In this document: positions 1 to 7,203 of the stretch, piece by piece
Numbering within the stretch: the stretch's first letter is position 1
How the letters are laid out: each line of letters opens with the position of its first letter
DNA from: a virus
Taxonomy: Duplodnaviria > Heunggongvirae > Uroviricota > Caudoviricetes
Direction: 5' to 3' (one strand)
Length of the DNA: 23,198 bases
IMG/VR virus record: IMGVR_UViG_3300018481_000002
Span: 1 to 23,198 of that record
Made by a program: the position numbers and the translations under genes
The notes under the pieces: model-generated
Told to the model about the DNA's origin: nothing
Seen by the model: the letters and a program-made list of their open reading frames with translations, nothing else
Databases searched by the model: none

Positions 1-486
1 AACCCGTTCAACGCGGTCGCTACCTTCACGGCCTTCCGTGACGCTGCACCGCCCGAGCCGGTGATCCTGCACCGCGACCGGACTTCCATCTCCTACACCG
101 CCATCGAGACGTTCTCTCACGAACAGTCCAACGATGACACTGGAGGCGGCTACTACCCGGGCAAGAAGCAGGTCATCAAGCCGACCACGGACCTGGTCAG
201 CAACCTCCTTCTGGAGTGCTGCCCAGTGACGGAAGAAGACTTCCTTCACATGGCGGCCGGGAAGTTCGGGGTGTCACTACCGACTATTAAGCCGTACTTT
301 TTCGACGCCATGAGCCGTGGTGACTTTGAACGGACGTCTGGAAAGCCGCCGATCATCAAGTTCAAGTACGAGCCTGAGCCTGAGCAGACGTGGGAGGCGG
401 AGCACAACCTGCCTGAGCGTCGCCTGCCTGATGGTGCGACGGTGGATGATGTGGAGCTCTTCGAAGCTGCATCGGAACTCGTCTGA
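1..486 (+). CDS. 5'-truncated phage protein, possibly the C-terminus of a primase-associated AAA/RecA-type helicase with a winged-helix-like tail (product uncertain)
   Basis: Frame 1 is open from base 1 (NPFNAVATFTAFRDAAPPEPVILHRD...) to TGA at 484-486, so the GTG at 61 is probably internal. The product guess rests only on the loose 'FRDAAPPEPVILHRD' strand-turn pattern and the helical C-terminus. Confidence 0.6.
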   Translation, partial: NPFNAVATFTAFRDAAPPEPVILHRDRTSISYTAIETFSHEQSNDDTGGGYYPGKKQVIKPTTDLVSNLLLECCPVTEEDFLHMAAGKFGVSLPTIKPYFFDAMSRGDFERTSGKPPIIKFKYEPEPEQTWEAEHNLPERRLPDGATVDDVELFEAASELV

Positions 487-572
487 TGTGTGACTGCAAG
501 CGTCACTGGGACCTGAGCCAGCCTTGCACATGCCCGTGCTCGCACACCGACCATGGTGACGGGCGAACATGA
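486..572 (+). CDS. 28-aa Cys/His-rich micro-protein MCDCKRHWDLSQPCTCPCSHTDHGDGRT
   Basis: Its ATG overlaps the upstream stop (TGATG, 484-488) and its stop overlaps the sigma-factor start (ATGA, 569-572). It fills the whole gap and has 5 Cys and 3 His. Confidence 0.6.
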   Translation: MCDCKRHWDLSQPCTCPCSHTDHGDGRT

Positions 573-1141
573 TCAGCGACGGCTACGGCGATGAGTCTGA
601 GTTCGAGTCCTACGTACGGGACCGCGAACCTTTGCTGCGTATCCAGGCGTACGAGCGGATCCACCCTGACAACGTCCCCGATGCCGTCAACGAGGCCCGC
701 TACACCATCTGGGAGGTACTCCAGAAGCGTCCTGACGCTCCACCGGAGTACGTGCGGGCGGCGGCGAAGACACGCATCACCGAGGTCTCCATGCGGGGCA
801 ACTGGCTGGGTCAACCCAGTCAACGGGGAAAGCCTTCAGTTGACCCGCTCCGGCGTGCTGACAGGGACTCGTTCGATGACCCTGACTTCCTAGTCGAGGC
901 GTCTGCACCGGAGATTCTGGACACTCTGGAGTTGGCTTACCACGAGGGGCAGATACTGGAAGCGATCCGGACTCTTCCCAGGCGGCACCAGGAGTACGTA
1001 GTGTTGCGATTCTGGGGTGGTTGGACGCACGCAGAGCTAGCTCCGTTGATGGGTGTGAAGACCAACAACATGGCCCGGATGTGGACTGAGACGATCAAGC
1101 CGCTGCTGGCGGAGAGGTTGGCGCATCTTGCTGAGGTGTGA
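569..1141 (+). CDS. Phage RNA polymerase sigma factor, ECF/sigma-70 family
   Basis: Region-2-like 'PDAVNEARYTIWEVLQK...YVRAAAKTRI' and region-4 HTH 'ILEAIRTLPRRHQEYVVLRFWGGWTHAELAPLMGVKTNNMARM'. Confidence 0.85.
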   Translation: MISDGYGDESEFESYVRDREPLLRIQAYERIHPDNVPDAVNEARYTIWEVLQKRPDAPPEYVRAAAKTRITEVSMRGNWLGQPSQRGKPSVDPLRRADRDSFDDPDFLVEASAPEILDTLELAYHEGQILEAIRTLPRRHQEYVVLRFWGGWTHAELAPLMGVKTNNMARMWTETIKPLLAERLAHLAEV

Positions 1142-1148
1142 AAGCGCT

Positions 1149-1183
1149 AGACCCCGGCAGCCCGCCATAGGCTGCCGGGGTCT
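1149..1183 (+). terminator. Perfect 14-bp inverted repeat with 7-nt spacer; probable intrinsic terminator lacking a U-tract
   Basis: agaccccggcagcc-cgccata-ggctgccggggtct, starting 8 nt after the sigma-factor stop. Confidence 0.6.
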
Positions 1184-1240
1184 GACTCACGGAGCATCTC
1201 GACCTCCGTCAAAACCGGTGCTCAACGTGAGTCGCGCGTT

Positions 1241-1255
1241 TCTCCACTCACCAGG
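1241..1255 (+). repeat. 15-bp direct repeat, copy 1 (tctccactcaccagg)
   Basis: Identical to 1808-1822; both copies are intergenic. Confidence 0.8.
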
Positions 1256-1266
1256 GCAAAAACTAT

Positions 1267-1319
1267 CAGACGTCCGTCTGTTTCTGGAAGTGTCCAGTTA
1301 CGGCGTGTTGTACGTACAA
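1267..1319. promoter_or_regulatory. Cluster of palindromes, possible operator sites upstream of the 1344 gene
   Basis: cagac-gtcc-gtctg (1267-1280), ctgga-agtg-tccag (1284-1297) and the perfect 12-bp palindrome ttgtacgtacaa (1308-1319). Confidence 0.4.
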
Positions 1320-1343
1320 AATTCAAGGCCCTAGGAGGCACTG

Positions 1344-1679
1344 ATGACACACCCGAAGTTCAAGTCCCCGGCAGAGCAGATGGCATGGGTCAAGTCCCAG
1401 AAGGCCGGGAAGGACTGGCAGTCGTACGTCACCCTCACCACCTCTGACCCCAGGCAGTGGATCACCAACGGCACTCCGTACACGAACACGACGACCGTCC
1501 CGTACACCTCATCGGGGGTCTCCTGGTCCACCGCAGGTGGCGGGACCATCACCCACGGGATGATCTACGACGCAGCGTCCCCCGGTAACGCGATCACGTT
1601 CGACATCGACCCAGTGACGCTCGCCTCGGGTGACGAGTTCACGATGACCGTCGACGGCTTCGACATCAGCACCATCTAG
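1344..1679 (+). CDS. Small virion-type beta protein, apparent paralog of the 5312-5677 fibre-associated protein
   Basis: RBS aggagg. C-terminal 'TITHGMIYDAASPGNAITFDIDPVTLASGDEFTMTVDGFDI' resembles the 'THFGTW.A.T.GT...T.AAGALTL' pattern of the 5312 protein. Confidence 0.7.
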   Translation: MTHPKFKSPAEQMAWVKSQKAGKDWQSYVTLTTSDPRQWITNGTPYTNTTTVPYTSSGVSWSTAGGGTITHGMIYDAASPGNAITFDIDPVTLASGDEFTMTVDGFDISTI

Positions 1680-1807
1680 TTTCTCTGTTCTCCGTCCGGG
1701 GTTGAGGCGTCCCCGTTACCCGCATCTCGCCGGAGTAGTTGGCCGGTCTAACCCAGGTCAGAGCTGGTTGTAGCCCCTTGCCGGTTGGGCCCCGGCCATG
1801 TGAAGGA

Positions 1808-1822
1808 TCTCCACTCACCAGG
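1808..1822 (+). repeat. 15-bp direct repeat, copy 2 (tctccactcaccagg)
   Basis: Identical to 1241-1255. Confidence 0.8.
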
Positions 1823-1896
1823 ATGTCGCGCACGAGGGCGGGAAGATGGCCGCGCGTTCAAAAGACGCGAGAGGATGATGGGAAACCTGGGGGTCT

Positions 1897-1930
1897 GGGG
1901 GCGAAGCCCCCGGTTAGCCCGCCGCAGGCG
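1897..1930 (+). other. Doublet of C(GNA)G mini-hairpins
   Basis: gggggc-gaa-gccccc (1897-1911) and cgcc-gca-ggcg (1920-1930). Confidence 0.7.
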
Positions 1931-1992
1931 ATGTCCTCCAACACGCCGAGACGGTCGTGCACCTGATCGATTTCGGATGTATGTTCTAACCC

Positions 1993-2178
1993 ATGACCAT
2001 GACTCCAGAAGACAGACGCAGCAGGCTGCACGGGATGCAGGAGATCCAAGATCCGTTGCGCATCGAAGCGCTCAACATGGCCCTGAGATACAGCGAGGCC
2101 GGTGGCCACTCCCCAACAGACACCGTTGTGGAGACAGCAGAGAAGTTCTACACCTTCCTGAAGGGCGGGAAACCGTGA
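1993..2178 (+). CDS. Small phage hypothetical protein (61 aa), possibly from a leaderless mRNA
   Basis: C-terminal 'VVETAEKFYTFL' pattern is common in small phage proteins. The stop overlaps the next start (GTGA). A TATGTT -10-like hexamer at 1980-1985 lies 7 nt before the ATG. Confidence 0.7.
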   Translation: MTMTPEDRRSRLHGMQEIQDPLRIEALNMALRYSEAGGHSPTDTVVETAEKFYTFLKGGKP

Positions 2179-2456
2179 GTAACAGGGTTGAGTTTCATAA
2201 GGACGCGTCCGGTGACTGGAGGTGGAGGTACGTCTCAGGGAACAACCGGATCATGGCCACCTCAGGAGAGGGCTACAACAACCGCGAAGACTGCATCAAC
2301 AGCTGCCAGATCGTTCTGGACGCGTATCTGGGAACCCTGGGAGACGTAGCAGGGGAGACCGTAGAGGTCCTGACGCCGATGGCTACCAGGATGCCCCTGA
2401 TGGTGGAATGGGTGGACCGTCCTGAGAAGGACGAACCGCCCGAGAAGCCTCAGTGA
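2175..2456 (+). CDS. YegP/DUF1508-family protein
   Basis: 'FHKDASGDWRWRYVSGNNRIMATSGEGYNNREDC' fits the DUF1508 pattern. The true start is GTG 2175, overlapping the upstream stop; the 1785 start in the ORF track runs through non-coding DNA and another gene. Confidence 0.8.
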   Translation: MSNRVEFHKDASGDWRWRYVSGNNRIMATSGEGYNNREDCINSCQIVLDAYLGTLGDVAGETVEVLTPMATRMPLMVEWVDRPEKDEPPEKPQ

Positions 2457-2476
2457 GTGGCTTCGTCCTCGGACTC

Positions 2477-2497
2477 GCTTCGCTCGCCCTGCGGGCG
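2477..2497 (-). other. Doublet of C(GNA)G mini-hairpins on the minus strand
   Basis: The minus strand reads cgccc-gca-gggcg (2497-2485), then gc-gaa-gc (2483-2477). Confidence 0.6.
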
Positions 2498-2526
2498 TGC
2501 ACCCCTCCCTTCGTGAAGGAAAAAAG

Positions 2527-2745
2527 ATGATCGAAACCCTAGATACCAGGCGTGCAGTCCTGAAGGACGTTGTGTCGGCTAGGCAGGCCTTGCAGGCGTC
2601 CCAGGACCAGTACGCGGCGGCTCTGATCGCTGCCAGTGACGCGGGGATCAGCAACGTGAAGATCGCTCGGGAGCTCAAGCTCTCGGAGACAGCTATTCGG
2701 TTTCACCTCAAGCGTCTCCGTGAGAAGAGTGAGAAGCGGGCGTGA
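2527..2745 (+). CDS. Helix-turn-helix DNA-binding protein
   Basis: 'AGISNVKIARELKLSETAIRFHL' HTH. The gaagga RBS before ATG 2527 favours this start over 2497. Confidence 0.8.
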   Translation: MIETLDTRRAVLKDVVSARQALQASQDQYAAALIAASDAGISNVKIARELKLSETAIRFHLKRLREKSEKRA

Positions 2746-3116
2746 CAGAAACAGACGAGCGTCAGAACCTCCCAGATGTGGTCCACAAGACCGCCCAAGC
2801 GCTAGAAGTCCCAGTCGCCGAGTTCGAGGGCGAGTTCATTCGCACGATGAACGGGAAACTTCCGGCGATCACCTTGGACATGCCGGTCGGCTACAAGCGT
2901 GGGACACACCTGAAGTTGGAACTGGAGGTACGTGTACGGGATGTGTCCGTCACCGCTGACAAGAACGACGAACTGACACGTGTCCACGTGTTCTCCCTGG
3001 AGGAAGTGAAACTTCTCGGGGTCTACACAGCCGATGAACTAGACCCAGGCGTAGGCGGGAACGCTGCTGTCGGGGCCCAAGATGAAGGAGAAGAAGATGG
3101 GATCAACGAATTCTGA
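2742..3116 (+). CDS. Hypothetical protein (124 aa)
   Basis: GTGA overlap with the upstream gene; globular-looking composition. Confidence 0.75.
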   Translation: MTETDERQNLPDVVHKTAQALEVPVAEFEGEFIRTMNGKLPAITLDMPVGYKRGTHLKLELEVRVRDVSVTADKNDELTRVHVFSLEEVKLLGVYTADELDPGVGGNAAVGAQDEGEEDGINEF

Positions 3117-3396
3117 GAGGGCCGTGGAGGCGTTCGACTCGCTTCCAGCCGACAGTGAGGGCGAGAAGGACTATGAGGTTGGTCCTGCCAGAGTGGAGAC
3201 AGTGAACAACTTCGCCTCCTACCAGCGACCTGACTTCGCTGAGGTCCGGCTGTACATCGAGATCCCTGGCCAACGGGAGATCGAGATCGCTGACCGGGTC
3301 CCCATGGATCAGTTCGACATGGGACAGCTGGAAGAGCTGATCCGTGTCGTCACCAAGATGGGACTACTCCGCTTCTCGGACGTTGCCCAGAGGTGA
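3097..3396 (+). CDS. Hypothetical protein (~99 aa)
   Basis: An aaggag RBS precedes ATG 3097; coupled to the HNH gene by a GTGA overlap. Confidence 0.7.
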   Translation: MGSTNSERAVEAFDSLPADSEGEKDYEVGPARVETVNNFASYQRPDFAEVRLYIEIPGQREIEIADRVPMDQFDMGQLEELIRVVTKMGLLRFSDVAQR

Positions 3397-3761
3397 AGTA
3401 CACCGGCCTGTCCGATGGGCTGCGCCGGGACATCAACGAACGCGACGGGAACCGATGTAGATGGTGTGGGTCCACCAACCAGGGAGTGGACCACCACCAC
3501 ATCGAGTACCGGAAGGGCGCATCCCATGATGTTCTGGAGAACCTGGTCAGCCTCTGTCGTCCCTGCCACGGTTTTGTGCATGGGACTCCCCGTCCATCTG
3601 GTGAGCGGATCAGCAAGGACGTTGCGCAGCAGGTGCTGTTCTGGGTCGTCTCCAACAGTGGCCGAGTCGGAACCAGCCGCTACCGGGCCCTCAAGCGGCG
3701 GTTTGTTCTGGAAGGTCTATGTCGCCACGGTCAGAAAAAGGACACATGCCCGTACTGCTAG
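3393..3761 (+). CDS. HNH endonuclease
   Basis: 'ERDGNRCRWCG...VDHHHIEYRKG...LENLVSLCRPCHGFVH': CxxC-HNH-CxxC architecture. Confidence 0.92.
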   Translation: MKYTGLSDGLRRDINERDGNRCRWCGSTNQGVDHHHIEYRKGASHDVLENLVSLCRPCHGFVHGTPRPSGERISKDVAQQVLFWVVSNSGRVGTSRYRALKRRFVLEGLCRHGQKKDTCPYC

Positions 3762-4204
3762 ATGAACCCACTCTGGCGTACCTGGCAGGCGTGCTGGACT
3801 ACGAAGGGGTGATCCGGGTCAGGGAGCTCCCCACTGGGACACAGATCCCGTACGTCGGGCTCAGTGGGTCGAACGCACCGATGCTGGCCCTGTTCGCGAA
3901 GCACACCGGGACCCGCTCTGTGGTCACCCGCAGGAAGTACGTGAAGGCCGGGTGCAACGAACACTGCAAGGAGAAGCACGTCCACGTGCAGTCGGTGTCG
4001 GGTCGATGGTCTGTGACTGGCGCGAAGGCGACCGTGCTGCTGTGGAACGTCCAGCCCTACGTACGATTTCAGACGGGTGTCCTTTCTGAGGCCCTAGCGG
4101 TTGGACTCAGGGCACCGTTCAAGAACGCAACGGTCGAGAAGATGCGTGAACTCGGTTGGGACGTACCAAACGCACGCAAACTGAAGCTAATAGAAGCTAA
4201 CTAG
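3746..4204 (+). CDS. Single-motif LAGLIDADG-type endonuclease-like protein
   Basis: N-terminal 'LAYLAGVLDYEGVI' helix, later 'RWSV' strand and 'VQPYVRFQ'. An aagga RBS precedes ATG 3746. Confidence 0.75.
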   Translation: MPVLLDEPTLAYLAGVLDYEGVIRVRELPTGTQIPYVGLSGSNAPMLALFAKHTGTRSVVTRRKYVKAGCNEHCKEKHVHVQSVSGRWSVTGAKATVLLWNVQPYVRFQTGVLSEALAVGLRAPFKNATVEKMRELGWDVPNARKLKLIEAN

Positions 4205-4256
4205 GTACGAACTTCCCTGGTGTTGAACTAGGGACAGGCAGCGCCGAAACTCATGG

Positions 4257-4712
4257 GTGACGGCAGCTCCGAAGAATCTCACGATCGAGCAAGGATCCAC
4301 CTTCGTGTGGGGCATGACCTTGCTGGATGTGGAGATCGACGTCGACGGCACAGAGACCGTCATCGGACCTCGCGACCTCACCGGCTACTCCGCCAGGATG
4401 CAGATTCGGCAGAAGCAGGGTGCTGAGATCCAGATCGACGCCAACACCACGAACGAGAAGATCGTCCTCGGTCGGGTTGCGTATGGCGACGACCCTGGTG
4501 ACGACGACCCTTCAAACGGGCGTCTGATGGTGGTCTTCACCGACGAAGAGTCCGATGTCTTCACGATCAAGAAGGGCGTCTACGACCTGGAGATCGTGGA
4601 CCCAGTCCCATCTCCTGCCGGGTACACCACCCGTATCGCCCAGGGCACCGTCACGATCAGCCCGAACATCACCCAGATCTTGCCGCCTACCGGCAACGAC
4701 GAGGTGCTCTGA
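4257..4712 (+). CDS. Fibre-attachment/adaptor beta-sandwich protein (BppU-N/LtfC-like)
   Basis: 'NLTIEQGSTF...DLTGYSARMQIR...GVYDLEIV...RIAQGTVTISPNIT' is the pattern of this widespread virion family. Confidence 0.75.
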   Translation: MTAAPKNLTIEQGSTFVWGMTLLDVEIDVDGTETVIGPRDLTGYSARMQIRQKQGAEIQIDANTTNEKIVLGRVAYGDDPGDDDPSNGRLMVVFTDEESDVFTIKKGVYDLEIVDPVPSPAGYTTRIAQGTVTISPNITQILPPTGNDEVL

Positions 4713-4984
4713 TGGCTGAAGCTCTCAGGGTTCTGTTCGACCAGCCCACCTGGAAGGTGGTGTTTGATGTCGAGCCTGTTGTCCTCACATATGAACAGGT
4801 GTCTGAATCGCCTGCTCCTGAGGAGTACACCCCGACCGTAGCCCTAGCTGTGGCTATTGATAGCGGTCCCCGAGGAAGAACTGGGGATCGAGGTCCTGCC
4901 GGTGTCGTCGTTATCGACGCCGACGAGACGGTCCCTCCACCCGACACACCGGTCGGGACTGTCGTCTACCAACTGATCAACTGA
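4712..4984 (+). CDS. Small virion protein with a short collagen-like G-X-Y stretch
   Basis: GPRGRTGDRGPAG; TGATG coupling to the upstream gene. Confidence 0.7.
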   Translation: MAEALRVLFDQPTWKVVFDVEPVVLTYEQVSESPAPEEYTPTVALAVAIDSGPRGRTGDRGPAGVVVIDADETVPPPDTPVGTVVYQLIN

Positions 4985-4993
4985 GGAGAAGCA

Positions 4994-5296
4994 ATGGCTA
5001 TCAAGATCACCCCGGGCAGCATCGAGTCGACTGGACATGTCCTCCTGACTGGCCCCATCACCGGAAGCGTGGAGTTGGAAGACGGCACCGTCGTCGACGT
5101 GACTCCAGGATTCATCGAGGTTGACCCCGACCTTGCCGACGAGATCGCCGACAAGATCGGCCAACGGTATGCAGCGGAGGGTCATCCCGATGATGTCGAA
5201 CTCGACCCTGAGACCGGTGAAATGGTCCAGCGAGAGTTCGTGTACGTCACGCCCGAAGAGCTCGCCAACTCCGGCGACGACACCAAGAAGAAGTAA
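4994..5296 (+). CDS. Hypothetical protein in the fibre module (100 aa, acidic)
   Basis: Strong gaggag RBS; beta-rich N-terminal half. Confidence 0.75.
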   Translation: MAIKITPGSIESTGHVLLTGPITGSVELEDGTVVDVTPGFIEVDPDLADEIADKIGQRYAAEGHPDDVELDPETGEMVQREFVYVTPEELANSGDDTKKK

Positions 5297-5311
5297 GGAT
5301 AGGTATCTGAA

Positions 5312-5677
5312 ATGGCTCTCGCCTCTGTTACTGCCACGAACCAGGCCCTCAACGGCTTGGACGCGAGTGGTACCCCGACCAACCTGATGACCCACGTGTC
5401 GCTGCACACGGCGACCACGTCCACCACGGGTGCCGCCGAGGCTACCGGTGGCGGTTACGCCCGTCAGGCGTGCTCGTGGAACGCCGCGTCATCTGGTTCG
5501 AAGACGAACTCTTCGGCCTTGACGTTCACCACGTCTGGCGGCTCCGCGCACACCCACTTCGGCACCTGGTCGGCTTCGACCTCGGGCACCTTCGGCATCG
5601 GTGGCGCTCTGACGTCCTCGGTGACGGCTGTGACCATCACCGTTGCTGCTGGCGCACTCACGCTGTCTGCTTCTTGA
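5312..5677 (+). CDS. Small fibre-associated structural protein (widespread phage family with 'GGGYARQ' and 'THFG.W.A.T.GT' motifs)
   Basis: 'VSLHTA...EATGGGYARQACSWNAASSGSKTNSSALTF...THFGTWSASTSGTF'. Confidence 0.8.
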   Translation: MALASVTATNQALNGLDASGTPTNLMTHVSLHTATTSTTGAAEATGGGYARQACSWNAASSGSKTNSSALTFTTSGGSAHTHFGTWSASTSGTFGIGGALTSSVTAVTITVAAGALTLSAS

Positions 5678-5701
5678 TTTAGACGCACGTTCTAAGGAGG
5701 G

Positions 5702-6325
5702 GTGGTGGCCGACACCAAGTACAGCGCGCTGTCTGCGGCGTCGGCTTTGACCGGTGCTGAGGAGCTCGGCGTCAACCAGGGTGGAGTGTCGAAGAAGACC
5801 ACCACGGCGGACATCGCCGCCATCGGCGGGCCCACCACGGTCACGAAGGTGATGACGGCCACCCAGTCCAACAACACGACCACCCCAGCCGCCATCACCG
5901 AGTTCACGACGTCGCTTGACCCAGGGACCTACGAGGTCAAGGTGACGCTCATCTGGCAGGCCACAGGGGCGGCCACCACCGGGGCAGGCTTCTTCATCAA
6001 CTGCTCCGGTGGAACGGTCACGAAGAACGTCGGCCACGTCTACACCACCACCACCGGCACGACGGCGACGACCGGTGTCGCTGACCAGGCGACGGTGGCG
6101 GCCACCTTCCAGATGATCGAGGCTCGGGCCTGGCGAGCCAACAACACCGACCCAGGACCGTTCGCGGGTGTCGACACGCAGAGCGCTGACCAGCTTGCGA
6201 TCCTGGAGGCGGTGGTGGTCGTGACCAGCACGACCTCGATGCAGATCATGTTCGACAGCGAGGTGGCCTCATCCGCCATCGTCATGCAGATCGGCTCGAT
6301 CTTGAAGGTCATCGAGGCGGCATGA
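5702..6325 (+). CDS. Fibre/virion structural protein
   Basis: The N-terminal 'DTKYSALSAASALTGAEELGVNQGGVSKKTT' is a common fibre N-terminal module, followed by a Thr-rich beta domain. RBS aaggagg. Confidence 0.75.
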   Translation: MVADTKYSALSAASALTGAEELGVNQGGVSKKTTTADIAAIGGPTTVTKVMTATQSNNTTTPAAITEFTTSLDPGTYEVKVTLIWQATGAATTGAGFFINCSGGTVTKNVGHVYTTTTGTTATTGVADQATVAATFQMIEARAWRANNTDPGPFAGVDTQSADQLAILEAVVVVTSTTSMQIMFDSEVASSAIVMQIGSILKVIEAA

Positions 6326-6357
6326 TCACGCCCATCGTTGTCCGTACGGTGTAGCCC

Positions 6358-7194
6358 GTGGCTACCCCGCCGACTTTCGTCGGGTGGTACACGTCGGCAA
6401 TCTGGTCCACCGCTGGCGGCGCGACGACGCGCACTACTACGTACTCTGGTCAAGCAGGCGACCGGATTGCTCTAGTCTTTGCCGCCGAGAACGCAGACTT
6501 CAACTTGGTCTCAATCGCCAACGATGGGGCGGCTCTGACGTGGACTCCGCAGGAAGTCCACGATCCCGGTGCTGCTGATCGACCATACGCGGGTATCTAC
6601 AGCTCCACGCTGGACACCACCCGCACCATCGTCGTCACGATTACCAAGAGCGGTCCCACGATGGAATGGGGCCTGGGCCTGTCCGTCTGGCGCGACTCCG
6701 ACGGATTCGGAGTCTCCGAGAAGGCCGACAACGCAGGTCTATCTGGGCAGCCAGCACTGACTATGGTCACCCAGCCGAACTCTGCTGTGGTGGCCGTCAA
6801 CTCAGACTGGAATGCCACCTCTGGATCCCGCACCTACCGCAACCCCTACACGTCCTCCGCCGTAGAGGACCTCTACGGCGGCACCATCGGCCTCCAGTAT
6901 GCGGTTGAGGTGTTCCACTACGCCGACACTGCCGCTGGTGGGTCTGATGTCATCGGTCTTACCGCACCGTCGACACAGCGATACGGAATCGTCGGCCTCG
7001 AAATCCTCGGTACCTCCACCCCTCTCGACCCAGGGTGGGGCAAGTACCTCCTGGAGGATGGGAGTGGCTACTACGAGATGGAAGGCACCACTGACGACTA
7101 CCTGCTCGACACTGCAGCGGCCGACCCTAACGGTCCTCGACCAAGGAATGTCTTCAAAAGTAACCCTGCATTGAACAGGTCTTTCAACTACTAG
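6358..7194 (+). CDS. Virion structural/minor tail-like protein (278 aa)
   Basis: Thr/Gly/Ala-rich, beta-strand patterned, and within the co-directional fibre module. Confidence 0.7.
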   Translation: MATPPTFVGWYTSAIWSTAGGATTRTTTYSGQAGDRIALVFAAENADFNLVSIANDGAALTWTPQEVHDPGAADRPYAGIYSSTLDTTRTIVVTITKSGPTMEWGLGLSVWRDSDGFGVSEKADNAGLSGQPALTMVTQPNSAVVAVNSDWNATSGSRTYRNPYTSSAVEDLYGGTIGLQYAVEVFHYADTAAGGSDVIGLTAPSTQRYGIVGLEILGTSTPLDPGWGKYLLEDGSGYYEMEGTTDDYLLDTAAADPNGPRPRNVFKSNPALNRSFNY

Positions 7195-7203
7195 GAGAAG
7201 GTA

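Noticed and set aside
1752-1776. ccaggtcag...gtagcc resembles part of the E. coli 4.5S RNA
   Set aside because: The UCC-GGAA-GGA hairpin and the AGCA loop are missing, so the match is too short to support.
1785-2174. N-terminal half of the 223-aa track ORF
   Set aside because: It is an Arg-rich non-domain sequence overlapping the 1993-2178 gene and the structured interval. Only 2175-2456 matches a family.
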